Assembly (NCBI GenBank): GCA_027001995.1
Contig: JALTLO010000158.1
Location: forward strand, 1 to 30,099
Length of the DNA stretch: 30,099 nt
Direction: 5' to 3'
From: Planctomycetota bacterium
GTDB lineage: Bacteria > Planctomycetota > GCA-002687715 > DRQF01
Below are positions 18,070 through 26,514 of the stretch, one piece after another (the first letter of the stretch is position 1; each line of letters starts with the position of its first letter). The position numbers were made by a program, and so were the translations under genes. The notes under the pieces are model-generated. The model did not search any database. It saw only the letters and a program-made list of their open reading frames with translations, and was not told where the DNA came from.

Positions 18070-18879
18070 TCATCGGCTTTGACGGTCCTGCAGCTCCCGG
18101 TCGACTAAATCCCAATCAGCGGCGGAATCAATGTCAATGGCAGCATCGGCGTTTCTTAAGAATGCGATGCTGACTTGTGCACCAATTTTTCGGGTTAGGC
18201 CTTTCATGGCGGCAGCCACCGTCAGGCGCCCCAAAAGAAATAGGATCAACGTAGAGAAACTGATGACGCCAGCTATGCGCCAGGGCGTCTTGCGAAGGTT
18301 TTCAACTCTTCGCCAATAGTCGATGGCGAGGGCTCCTTGGCTTGTTTTGATGGCGAACAAATTGCAACCGCAGAACGCCCCGTCACGGAACCGAAGGGCG
18401 GTCCGTTTGTTTGACGGGAAAACATCAGTGACGATCTCGTGAGAAACCAGTGCAGCCACGGTGTCGGCTTCGATCTCGTGGACGGATTCGAAGAACTCTG
18501 TCAAGATTTCTAAGCTCAAAAACCCATGATCGGCTGTCGTGATCAGCGTTGGAAGGTCGTTGTTGGCGGCCGCGAGTGCTGCTTGGGCACTGGTGCATGG
18601 AGTTGTTGCTGGAGCCACCCAAGTAACCACACCAGATTCGATGAGTGCAACTAATTCTGGGCACTGGTTGAGAAGATCCGAGTTTGGCCCGACGATTGTA
18701 ATCTCGGCGATGTTGTCCGACTCAATCAGGACGTCTAAGACCCGTAGCAGGATGGGGCGACCTTGGATTTCTGCCAGTGCCTTGCAGGGTGCATTGGCAT
18801 GAAGCGCCACTGGGTCTGTTGACCCTCGATCACCTGCTAAGACGATCGCTTGAAATTTCTCGAGCGGTTGGTTTACCAT
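18070..18879 (-). CDS. MobA-like NTP transferase (nucleotidyltransferase, GT-A fold)
   Basis: AIVLAGDRG..KAL.EIQGRPIL, TTADH, GCNLF, AIDID; last gene of the minus-strand lipid operon. Confidence 0.8.
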   Translation of the reverse strand: MVNQPLEKFQAIVLAGDRGSTDPVALHANAPCKALAEIQGRPILLRVLDVLIESDNIAEITIVGPNSDLLNQCPELVALIESGVVTWVAPATTPCTSAQAALAAANNDLPTLITTADHGFLSLEILTEFFESVHEIEADTVAALVSHEIVTDVFPSNKRTALRFRDGAFCGCNLFAIKTSQGALAIDYWRRVENLRKTPWRIAGVISFSTLILFLLGRLTVAAAMKGLTRKIGAQVSIAFLRNADAAIDIDSAADWDLVDRELQDRQSR

Positions 18880-18884
18880 GAAAT

Positions 18885-19916
18885 TTAAGTCTTAGCTTTG
18901 TCTTCCTGAAGTGATTCTTTGTCTTGAGTCTCTGCTTTTTGCGTAGACTTCGCCGTGGCGAAAACGCCCCGGCGCCAAAGTTTGTAAAAAGTCCACCAGC
19001 CGAAAATCAGGGGGTGTTTCTTGACCCGATCGCTGACTTCTATCTCAACATGGGCATGCCTTCGTATTTTCCATAATGCGTAGTCGACTCCACCATCAAA
19101 GGTGAAGACAGCCTTGATGATCCTCAGGAGATTGAGTGATTTACCCATGAAACGTCGAGCCGCCCATCCCAAACGTAATCGGGTACGCTTGAAACCACTG
19201 TAGGGATTTGTGAACTGAGTATCGATCTTGGTCGGATCTAAACAGATAGAGCCCTGGGTCGGGAGAAGCAAGAGGGATAAGGTTCGGTAGTGGGTAGGTG
19301 CCTGCTCAACAATGCGACGGGATCTTTCTGTGTCTTCTGGTCGCAATTCACAACCGTAGCAGGCGGCCAGCCCTTTGATCCAGAATTTTGTTTGACAGAA
19401 CTCTTTCGGCTGCAAACACAGACTTTTTGACACGAATGTCAGGGCAGCTTGGGACAGGATTTTCACCAGCTGTTCCCTGGACTCATCATTCTTGACCATG
19501 GCGATCTGAGTTGGTTGTGTGTAGCGGCCCCAAAAATAGACCTGTTTGCAAGATGGGTCGGTGTAGCGCTGGAAGTCTCTGAGGGACACCACTGCATACT
19601 TGCAGCGATAAGTGTTGCCCTCTTTCTCAGCTTCCAAATAGAAAACATTGGGAGGCAAGACCCAATTGGAGACCTTGGCGCCCAGGGAATCGTATGCGGA
19701 GGAATAGCTCGAAACGACGACTAAGAGATCGTAGAGGGCGTCTGTCTTTTGGGCCAAGCCGTGAAGGACAGAACCATAGAAGATGATGCCCTCAAGTGAT
19801 CCTTGAAATCTCTGGTGAATTTTTTCGCAGAGCGCCTCAGTTGCCGGTCCCTTCGTGGGGGCAGTTGCGCGGGATAGGAAGCGTTGAACCGAAGAGAGCG
19901 CTTGAGTTTGTTGCAC
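18885..19916 (-). CDS. Tam41/Mmp37-like putative cytidylyltransferase (CpgC-like)
   Basis: Pol-beta-like signature IIFYGS...LYDLLVVV, plus PPNVFY, KYAVVS and YFWGRYTQP, paralleling Tam41 motifs (YGS, D-F-I, KYGVV, LAGRxxKP). GTG start 3 nt after the kinase stop. Confidence 0.6.
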   Translation of the reverse strand: MQQTQALSSVQRFLSRATAPTKGPATEALCEKIHQRFQGSLEGIIFYGSVLHGLAQKTDALYDLLVVVSSYSSAYDSLGAKVSNWVLPPNVFYLEAEKEGNTYRCKYAVVSLRDFQRYTDPSCKQVYFWGRYTQPTQIAMVKNDESREQLVKILSQAALTFVSKSLCLQPKEFCQTKFWIKGLAACYGCELRPEDTERSRRIVEQAPTHYRTLSLLLLPTQGSICLDPTKIDTQFTNPYSGFKRTRLRLGWAARRFMGKSLNLLRIIKAVFTFDGGVDYALWKIRRHAHVEIEVSDRVKKHPLIFGWWTFYKLWRRGVFATAKSTQKAETQDKESLQEDKAKT

Positions 19917-19919
19917 CGA

Positions 19920-21008
19920 TTAAACTCGAATGAAGCAGAGTTTTGGGCCCGCTTTCACCACAATCGGTTGGCCATCACGTGGCACGATTTCTTCTCCATC
20001 GAGAGTCACCGGTTCGTCGATGTCCAAAGTGATTTGCCAGCCCGTGTGGCTTTCGAAGCCATGCTCTCTGGTCAAGTATTTGTTGGGCTTACCACGGATG
20101 CCAGCCAAAGCAGCCCTGAGAAAGTTGCGATGAGAGTGAGCAATGGTGGTCAAACGAAGTGGGGCCCGTGACTTGCTCCAAAACGGCTTGAAACCCAATG
20201 CCATGCGGTCGAGGGTGGTGATGAAGAGAGCGGTGTACTCAGTTTCGTCCATGAGCTTGCCATCGACGTCAACTTTGATCGTTGTGGGGGAGAATGGTTT
20301 CCTACCCACCAAGAGACGAGTCAACAGGCTGGACACATGGACCGCTGTTCCCAAGACCGTCTTCATACCGGGAACCTTACTAGAATCTCGGTTGTCCCAG
20401 ATGACACGGGAGGCTCGATAAATGGCTGCGGCGCCAACAAAAAATCCATAGAGAGGTTGGTCTTCAGGTTGACGTTGGAGGCCTAAAGCAGTTCGTTTGA
20501 CAAGAACCGATTCGAAGCTCTGATCTTGGGGATTCTTCGCCCATTGGATGAGTCTTCGTATGGCTCGGTGAGGTTCTCCTTTGAGTCCCAAGTCACCGTG
20601 ACTCATGTTTGTTCGGCCACCGGCTAAGGCTGCTAAATAGGGGCGGGGCCCGTCCAGCTTTCTTCTTAGGATGTCGGTGACTACCATCCCTAATGTTCCG
20701 TCTCCACCATTTGCGCCGATGAGTGCCGTGGACTTCGCCAGAAGGGCATCAACAGCCTGAGTCACTTCTTCTGGTGTGTAGACAATGTAGTGATCGATTT
20801 CGGGATGTTGAGCTAAGACTTTCTTAAGCCGTTCCAAACCACCTTTCTTGTTGTGGTATCCCGGTCCACTAATGAGGCCCAATGATAAGGGGCCCTGAGG
20901 TTGGTCTTGCTCGGTCGCGCTGTCGCTGTCGTTTTTTGGATCCGTCGGTTCCACGATGGATGCACACCTGTTTTGTATCGAGTCAAAAAGCGACTGAGTG
21001 CTGCTCAA
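19920..21008 (-). CDS. diacylglycerol/sphingosine kinase-family lipid kinase (ceramide kinase CpgB-like)
   Basis: DAGK catalytic motif NGGDGT, GGRTNM, GFFVG, C-terminal LDGE; start uncertain (TTG). Confidence 0.8.
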   Translation of the reverse strand: MSSTQSLFDSIQNRCASIVEPTDPKNDSDSATEQDQPQGPLSLGLISGPGYHNKKGGLERLKKVLAQHPEIDHYIVYTPEEVTQAVDALLAKSTALIGANGGDGTLGMVVTDILRRKLDGPRPYLAALAGGRTNMSHGDLGLKGEPHRAIRRLIQWAKNPQDQSFESVLVKRTALGLQRQPEDQPLYGFFVGAAAIYRASRVIWDNRDSSKVPGMKTVLGTAVHVSSLLTRLLVGRKPFSPTTIKVDVDGKLMDETEYTALFITTLDRMALGFKPFWSKSRAPLRLTTIAHSHRNFLRAALAGIRGKPNKYLTREHGFESHTGWQITLDIDEPVTLDGEEIVPRDGQPIVVKAGPKLCFIRV

Positions 21009-21202
21009 GATTCAGACAATCGGTTCGTTGGCACTTACGATCGAAAAAGACAATCTGTATCATCTGTCTTCTCGCTGAATGATATACTTCCTCAGAGTAC
21101 CGATCAAGTCGTAAGAATCCTTCGCAGGTCCAAGGGAATCAAGGAGTTGTGTCAGATTGTCCGCCTCCATGCTGCTTCTTTTTTTGGCGTGGGAATCTTC
21201 TT

Positions 21203-22270
21203 TTATTCTGTTCGAAGCAGAAGTATGACGGCGAGAACCCCAATCAGGGCAGGAGGGGCCATGGCTGTCCATGCCGGATGGATTGTCAAGATGAGCCCGG
21301 CGAATCCACTTATTTGGTCTATCAAGTAAGCCAATACCCCCAGAATTGCCCCCCACACCGCTCGTTTTCCTTGGCTCGAGTCCCTGAGAGAACTAAAAAC
21401 GAAAGGCACAGCAAACAAAACCATAGCCAAGAATGCTAGTGGGCGGGAAGCTAAGTACCAAAGTGCTAAAGCGTGGTTTTCAGTAGCCAATCCTCGTTTT
21501 TTTCGGCTCTGGATTTCCGCGATGAGGTCAGTGGGGGAGAGTGTCTCTGGTGCCAAGGGAATCTTGCTGAGCTCAGCGATTTGAAGGCCAGAATTCCACT
21601 GTAGAGTGGCATAGGTTTGATGGCTACTTCCCATGTCATTGAACTTGGTCTCTTGAACTTCTTCTAACTTCCAGTTCTCGGCTTGGGAAATCTCTGCTCT
21701 TTTGGCGGTGAGATGGCGATTGAGGCGCCCAGTTTGGGAAAATTCTAAGATGATGAGGTCAGAGGGTGTGTCACCTCCCAACAGAGTGCCAATACGAATA
21801 AAATTGTTTCCGTCTTTGAGCCAAAATCCATCCTGAGTTTCGAGAGCTTCGCCTTTGGCAATCGCTGTAGCTCTTAATCGGCGGGCTTCCCTTTCGTATT
21901 TGGGGCCTATCCATTGAGCTACGACTATCATGATAAGTAAGACGGGAATGGATGCCTTGAGTGACGAAAGGGCGATACTCTTGACCGATGCCCCTATGGA
22001 TCTCATGGCGATAAGTTCGCTCTCTGCCGCTAAGCTGCCCAAGGAGAAAAGGGCGCCGAGCATGGCTGAGACTGGGGCAAGGTCAAAGAAACGCCGGGGC
22101 ATAGTCAGGAGCACATAGATGATAGCGTCACCTAGTTGATAGTCACCTGTGCCAACATGGTCCAATTCTTCGACAAAAGCAGCGAAACCGAAGAGTGTTA
22201 CCAAGACCAATACGACGAGCGTGAAGCCTCGATAAAATGACTTGGCGATGTAGCGGTCTAAGGTGCTCAT
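21203..22270 (-). CDS. lptG: LptG-family (YjgP/YjgQ) lipid export permease
   Basis: MSTLDRYI, YVLLTMP, LGSLAAESELIAMRSIG, GFWLKDG beta-jellyroll region, C-terminal TMs; ATG overlaps the lptF TGA. Confidence 0.88.
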   Translation of the reverse strand: MSTLDRYIAKSFYRGFTLVVLVLVTLFGFAAFVEELDHVGTGDYQLGDAIIYVLLTMPRRFFDLAPVSAMLGALFSLGSLAAESELIAMRSIGASVKSIALSSLKASIPVLLIMIVVAQWIGPKYEREARRLRATAIAKGEALETQDGFWLKDGNNFIRIGTLLGGDTPSDLIILEFSQTGRLNRHLTAKRAEISQAENWKLEEVQETKFNDMGSSHQTYATLQWNSGLQIAELSKIPLAPETLSPTDLIAEIQSRKKRGLATENHALALWYLASRPLAFLAMVLFAVPFVFSSLRDSSQGKRAVWGAILGVLAYLIDQISGFAGLILTIHPAWTAMAPPALIGVLAVILLLRTE

Positions 22271-23361
22271 GGTCGGCTTCCTTGCTTCAAACGAGAGCGC
22301 AGGAAGAGCGCGGTCAGAATCGTTGCCACTAGACCGTCGACCCAAAAAATCCCCGGCATTGGACCGACGATGCCTTGTTCAACCCAAGTCTTGGCCAAAG
22401 CCTGCAAGTTGAAGTAGATGATGTAGATGACCACAGCGAGAAGAAGGCGCTTGTAACGATCGCGGCGAGGTACGAAACTTGCCAACCCCACCGCCAAGAA
22501 ACCTAAAATCAAAGTTGAGATTGGTCTTGAGACCCGCCATTGGAATTCAGCTAAGTCCTCTGTGTTCTCATGTCGATTCAAACTGAGGGTTGGGGTTGCC
22601 TTTCTGCGAGTTCTCAAAGAGCCCTCTTCGTCACGGGAAAACGGGATGCTCAGTTCCTCGGTGGCAATCGTCATAGAATCGTCGGTTGCTCCCAGTTGCC
22701 ATCCTTCCATGTCGGAAAAGATGAACTCCGTGTCTCCTGTTACTGGGTTGTCAATTTGACGGACGCTCTTCGCCATCAAGACTGTTTGTTTTGCCTTCCT
22801 TTCAAGAAAGACAAAAACGCCACGGTGATTCTCTTCCTTGGTTTCTCCGTTTTGTCCTTCCACGAAAATGACAGTTTTGCCTTCGTCTTGTCCCAGGAAA
22901 ACTCCGTCTTGCACATCTTCTAGATTGAATTGCCGCTTTGCTTGAGAAAGAAGACGGTAGGTTTCGGCGTAGACCCGTGGGCGCGCCCAAATGGAAAGAC
23001 AGGCCACAGATATGGCGATTAAGACAAATAGCAGAGAGAGGGCTCGGAGCAGCCGCAGTCTCGAAAAGCCACAAAAAGACATAGCCGTGAGTTCGTAGTT
23101 CGACCCCAGACGACTGACACCTACGACTACGGTCAGGAAGGTGGCGATGGGGAGCAGCACCTCCATGGCAATGATGCTCTTTAAGAACACCAAAGTTGCA
23201 ATGGTCTCGACACGAATGATCCCTTGAGCTGCTTTCCCCAAGAACTCCGAGGCCGAGTATGCTGTGAAAATCGCCGTAAGCACGAAGAAGAAAACCAAGA
23301 TGGGCTTGGCCACTTCGCGAACTAAATACCGGCTCAGAATTGACACGAGGGCGAAACTCAC
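22267..23361 (-). CDS. lptF: LptF-family (YjgP/YjgQ) lipid export permease
   Basis: ILSRYLVREV, LLPIATFL, RL..ELTAM, AEFQWR.S.P, PR..RY, YIIYFNL. Confidence 0.88.
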   Translation of the reverse strand: MSFALVSILSRYLVREVAKPILVFFFVLTAIFTAYSASEFLGKAAQGIIRVETIATLVFLKSIIAMEVLLPIATFLTVVVGVSRLGSNYELTAMSFCGFSRLRLLRALSLLFVLIAISVACLSIWARPRVYAETYRLLSQAKRQFNLEDVQDGVFLGQDEGKTVIFVEGQNGETKEENHRGVFVFLERKAKQTVLMAKSVRQIDNPVTGDTEFIFSDMEGWQLGATDDSMTIATEELSIPFSRDEEGSLRTRRKATPTLSLNRHENTEDLAEFQWRVSRPISTLILGFLAVGLASFVPRRDRYKRLLLAVVIYIIYFNLQALAKTWVEQGIVGPMPGIFWVDGLVATILTALFLRSRLKQGSRP

Positions 23362-23728
23362 AGAACCAACCTGGAGCCGGGCAATCCCACCTGCGGCGGC
23401 TTACTCATGCTCATCAAAGCGATCTTCCTAAACCAGATATAACCAAATTACCATTCATTCGCCCCAAAATATTCCTCCAGTTTGAGAGACCAGGAAAGTT
23501 GACGACGACATGAGGAAGTTCCGGTTGAAGTTGGTTTCAAAGAGCCCCACCGTCCCTGTGACCGGGAAGATCGGGCAATTCCCTTTGTTGCCGGTGACTT
23601 TGGCCCGGATTTACGATAGCATCTAACCCGACTGTTTATGGGTTCGCGGCCCTTCGGCCGTGAACAATTCGGGCCTCGCTGGTTGAAGAAGAGACAATTT
23701 TCGTTTTGCACAGGTAACGGTTGAGAAA

Positions 23729-24448
23729 ATGCTCGAAGCCAAGTCATTGACCAAGAAATTCCGAGGTAAAGTGGCCGTTGATTCTGTTTCTTTTCATGTG
23801 GAGAAAGGGGAAGTTGTCGGGATTCTCGGGCCGAACGGAGCGGGGAAAACCACCTCATTTTACATGGTCGTTGGTCTGATCCCCTGCGACTCCGGTTCTA
23901 TCTTGTTGGATGGCCAAGACGTGAGTCGTCGCTCTATGCACTTTCGGGCTCGACTGGGTTTGGGATACCTACCTCAAGAGGCCTCCGTCTTTCGGCGTTT
24001 GAACGTCCGTGCCAACATCATGGCTGCCTTGGAATTGCGGGAGGATCTCAATGGAAGTGGGCGTAGGTCTGAGTTGGAGCAGTTGGTCGATTCTTTGAAC
24101 ATAGGGCATCTTCTCAACCGTAAAGCCATGGCGTTGAGTGGCGGGGAGCGCCGTCGGGTTGAGATCGCAAGGGCCCTGGCATCAAAACCTTCCTTTATCC
24201 TCTTAGATGAGCCTTTCGCTGGCGTGGATCCCATTGCCGTGGGGGATATTCGCGAAGTGGTTCGACATTTGATCGAGCGGAGGATTGGAGTATTGGTTAC
24301 GGATCACAATGTGAGGGAGACTTTGCAAATCTGTGATCGTGCCTACATTCTCAACAACGGGCGTATGCTGGCGGAAGGAACGACCGAAGAGATCTTGAGC
24401 AATGAAACTGTTCGAGACGTCTACTTGGGCCGCGATTTTTCCATGTGA
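23729..24448 (+). CDS. lptB: LPS/lipid export ABC ATPase
   Basis: [70 protein letters not shown]. Confidence 0.95.
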   Translation: MLEAKSLTKKFRGKVAVDSVSFHVEKGEVVGILGPNGAGKTTSFYMVVGLIPCDSGSILLDGQDVSRRSMHFRARLGLGYLPQEASVFRRLNVRANIMAALELREDLNGSGRRSELEQLVDSLNIGHLLNRKAMALSGGERRRVEIARALASKPSFILLDEPFAGVDPIAVGDIREVVRHLIERRIGVLVTDHNVRETLQICDRAYILNNGRMLAEGTTEEILSNETVRDVYLGRDFSM

Positions 24449-24687
24449 TTACCTCGGTGCTTTCAAGCGTCAAGCTCAGATTCTCTACGCCAGTATCATT
24501 TGTGATATTTGTCGGAGAGTCTTACTCTCGTGACAGTTCCCTATGAGTGGGAATTCGGTGCATAGAAAATCTTTTCTCCATCTTTCTCCGATTTATCTGA
24601 AAAAGAAATATTTTTCTTCACAGAAAGCATGAAGATCCCCCTTCTTAATACGGAGGGTCGGATTGTATGGCACAACTTCGATGATAT

Positions 24688-24764
24688 TTCCCCTCGCAAG
24701 GTTCCCCCCCTTGTGAGGGGGAGTGTTTTTCTTCTGATTCGGATGGGTTCAGGCCATCCGAATC
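24688..24764 (+). terminator. two strong hairpins in the intergenic region between lptB and the convergent small gene
   Basis: CCCCTCGCAAGG-ttccccc-CCTTGTGAGGGG (24690-24720, one G.U on the + strand) and GATTCGGATGG-gttcagg-CCATCCGAATC (24736-24764, perfect 11 bp). Confidence 0.45.
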
Positions 24765-24903
24765 GCTGGGTTTCATGGAGCCCCACCTTGCTCTAAGCTC
24801 ATGGCATTTCACAGTTAAGGAAAAACCATCTGGTGCTGGGGAGCACTACAGGCGAATGTCGACACATGCCTGGGATGGCTGGTCATAATTGGGGTCGATC
24901 TTC

Positions 24904-25215
24904 TTAGATCACTAAGAGTGTGATGGCGGCACCCAAGGCGATCACCGCGAAAATCAGCAAGTAGCGCCATGTGAAGGTGGATTCGTCCTTGGCGATTTCG
25001 CCTTTCTTCGCCATGGACTTGGAACTGACAGCTGCACTGGCTTGGCCGAGCTTTTTCATGTCTGACCGAGAAAGCGAGCGAAATGCTGAAGGAGCTTTCA
25101 CTGCCCTTGCAGCAGTAGTGGGGGCTGTTTCTTTCGCATTCGTTGTGGGCGTGCTCGTCATTCCAGGGACGAACATCAATAAGAAACCAAGGGCAAAAAT
25201 GTGTGTCTTGAGCAT
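24904..25215 (-). CDS. small exported protein with hydrophobic C-terminus (PA2779-like architecture)
   Basis: 103 aa; AAGGA SD; N-terminal signal-like segment, Ala/Thr/Lys-rich middle with LSRSDM, C-terminal YLLIFAVIALGAAITLLVI. Confidence 0.6.
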   Translation of the reverse strand: MLKTHIFALGFLLMFVPGMTSTPTTNAKETAPTTAARAVKAPSAFRSLSRSDMKKLGQASAAVSSKSMAKKGEIAKDESTFTWRYLLIFAVIALGAAITLLVI

Positions 25216-25230
25216 GATTTTCCTTCTCTG

Positions 25231-25761
25231 TCATTCACCCATGAGGTGATTGGGAATTGCGAGCAACGTGAGGCGCTCGCTGTTTTGCCACCAAGGCATG
25301 AGCTGGCTGAGGGTTAAGACCTTCAGCGTTGAATCTGGGCGATAGACCACGAGGTATTCGCCGTCCTCATCATATCCCACCACAAGGACCCAAAAGGCGC
25401 CATGGGGGGCAGCGTCCAAGAGAAGCAAAAGTGGTCGGCCTGCATCTAAGTTGTCGATGACTCCTGTTGCTTCTTGGCGAAGACTACCGGAAAAAGAGAA
25501 AACGGTGAAGCCTCTGTCTTCAAGAATTGTGAGGAGCTCATCACCGCTCAAACTTCTCTTTTGAATCGTTTCAATTGGGGTCTCTAAACCATAGTAGGAC
25601 TCCAATAGTTCCACTTCCGTTCTTTCTTTGTTCTTTGCCTCTTGATTCTCGTGCACTTCGATGAGGCACACTTGTGGTTGATCTGTTAGCTCTCTGAATG
25701 GGCTGGAACTACATGCGTTGACCAGGGCGAGCATGCCCAAGAGTGGCAGAAGTCGTGACAT
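25231..25761 (-). CDS. putative lipoprotein with degenerate C39-like peptidase fold
   Basis: MSRLLPLLGMLALVNAC lipoprotein-like signal; YYG, RGF...GSL, LDAGRPLLLLL, VLVVGYD and W..S.R.TL follow the C39/PA2778 pattern, but catalytic Cys and His are not seen. Confidence 0.6.
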   Translation of the reverse strand: MSRLLPLLGMLALVNACSSSPFRELTDQPQVCLIEVHENQEAKNKERTEVELLESYYGLETPIETIQKRSLSGDELLTILEDRGFTVFSFSGSLRQEATGVIDNLDAGRPLLLLLDAAPHGAFWVLVVGYDEDGEYLVVYRPDSTLKVLTLSQLMPWWQNSERLTLLAIPNHLMGE

Positions 25762-25800
25762 AAATGGAGACCATGGAACCTGAACAATTTTTGATGATGC

Positions 25801-25832
25801 AAAAGGTGAAGCCCGAGGCAATGCCTCGGGCT
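25801..25832 (-). terminator. GC-rich hairpin with weak U-tract
   Basis: AGCCCGAGGC-att-GCCTCGGGCT (perfect palindrome, 25810-25832) followed on the minus strand by TCACCTTTT. Confidence 0.6.
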
Positions 25833-26097
25833 CCTGTACAGAGTGAAATGCCGCACGGCATCAGCTCCGTCGAGCGGATGCTCAGAGGTGCGAACCTCTG
25901 TTACAATCACTACTCATATTGACACCCCCTTTCTGACAGGGCACAAACCCCAGCCGTCGCGCTGTGACACACGCCGCCGAGAACTCATCTTCCTTGGCGA
26001 CCCAAGGAAACACCAGTCAACCGTGATTCACGGTGTCGCTGGGTTGAGTGACGGCACCTGCCCTGCGGTACCTTGTCTCTCTCATCAGCAGACAGGC
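25801..26097 (-). ncRNA. candidate structured RNA / leader with SD-led 11-codon ORF (family not recognised)
   Basis: At least seven stems in ~300 nt, an AAAGGGGGTG SD before ATG 25917, and a terminal hairpin; see findings. Confidence 0.45.
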
Positions 26098-26514
26098 CTA
26101 TCATGCAGGTTCCTTCAGATCTGCCAAGAAAAATCTGGTGAATCTAGGATGAAAATTTAACCGACGATACGCAGCGCGTGTCCGGCGGCTTCATTCTTGG
26201 ATTGTTATTCGGAATTGAGAAAGCGTTGAGGCTTGTTTGAGGCTAGCCCGACTCATTCACGAGATCGTGGTCGTTGTGTGAGAAAACGTCTCGCAAAGAA
26301 AGCTCAGAATAACGATGCTTAGGACTTCTTTTCAAAACACGACACAGCCAGGAGTGGCAGCGTGTTCGTAATCACAACCAGGATTGCGACTTCACGTGGG
26401 TAGTCTGTGAAATCTTCTGTTAGTCAATGCGACCATGTGGTCGTGAGGGGCGATTGATGCAGAGTACGGGCGCTATGTCGCCCCTGGGTGCTGCGAGGTC
26501 GTGAATTATTCGGG

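Noticed and set aside
21060..21170. 36-aa minus-strand ORF (MEADNLTQLL...) between lptG and the kinase.
   Set aside because: No clear SD or motif; cannot be supported without homology or Ribo-seq.
23510..23626. 38-aa + strand ORF upstream of lptB, considered as an lptA/lptC remnant.
   Set aside because: No resemblance to beta-jellyroll Lpt proteins.
24668..24682. TGGCAC, a possible sigma-54 -24 box.
   Set aside because: No GC at the -12 position.
25761..25917. The 11-codon ORF is in frame with the downstream lipoprotein through two TGA codons; selenocysteine readthrough was considered.
   Set aside because: Readthrough would bury the lipoprotein signal, the extension has no redox motif, a terminator-like hairpin intervenes, and being in frame has a 1-in-3 chance.
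26081..26088. CUGAUGAG on the minus strand, the hammerhead ribozyme core.
   Set aside because: No stem II followed by GAAA and no matching stem I/III arrangement found.
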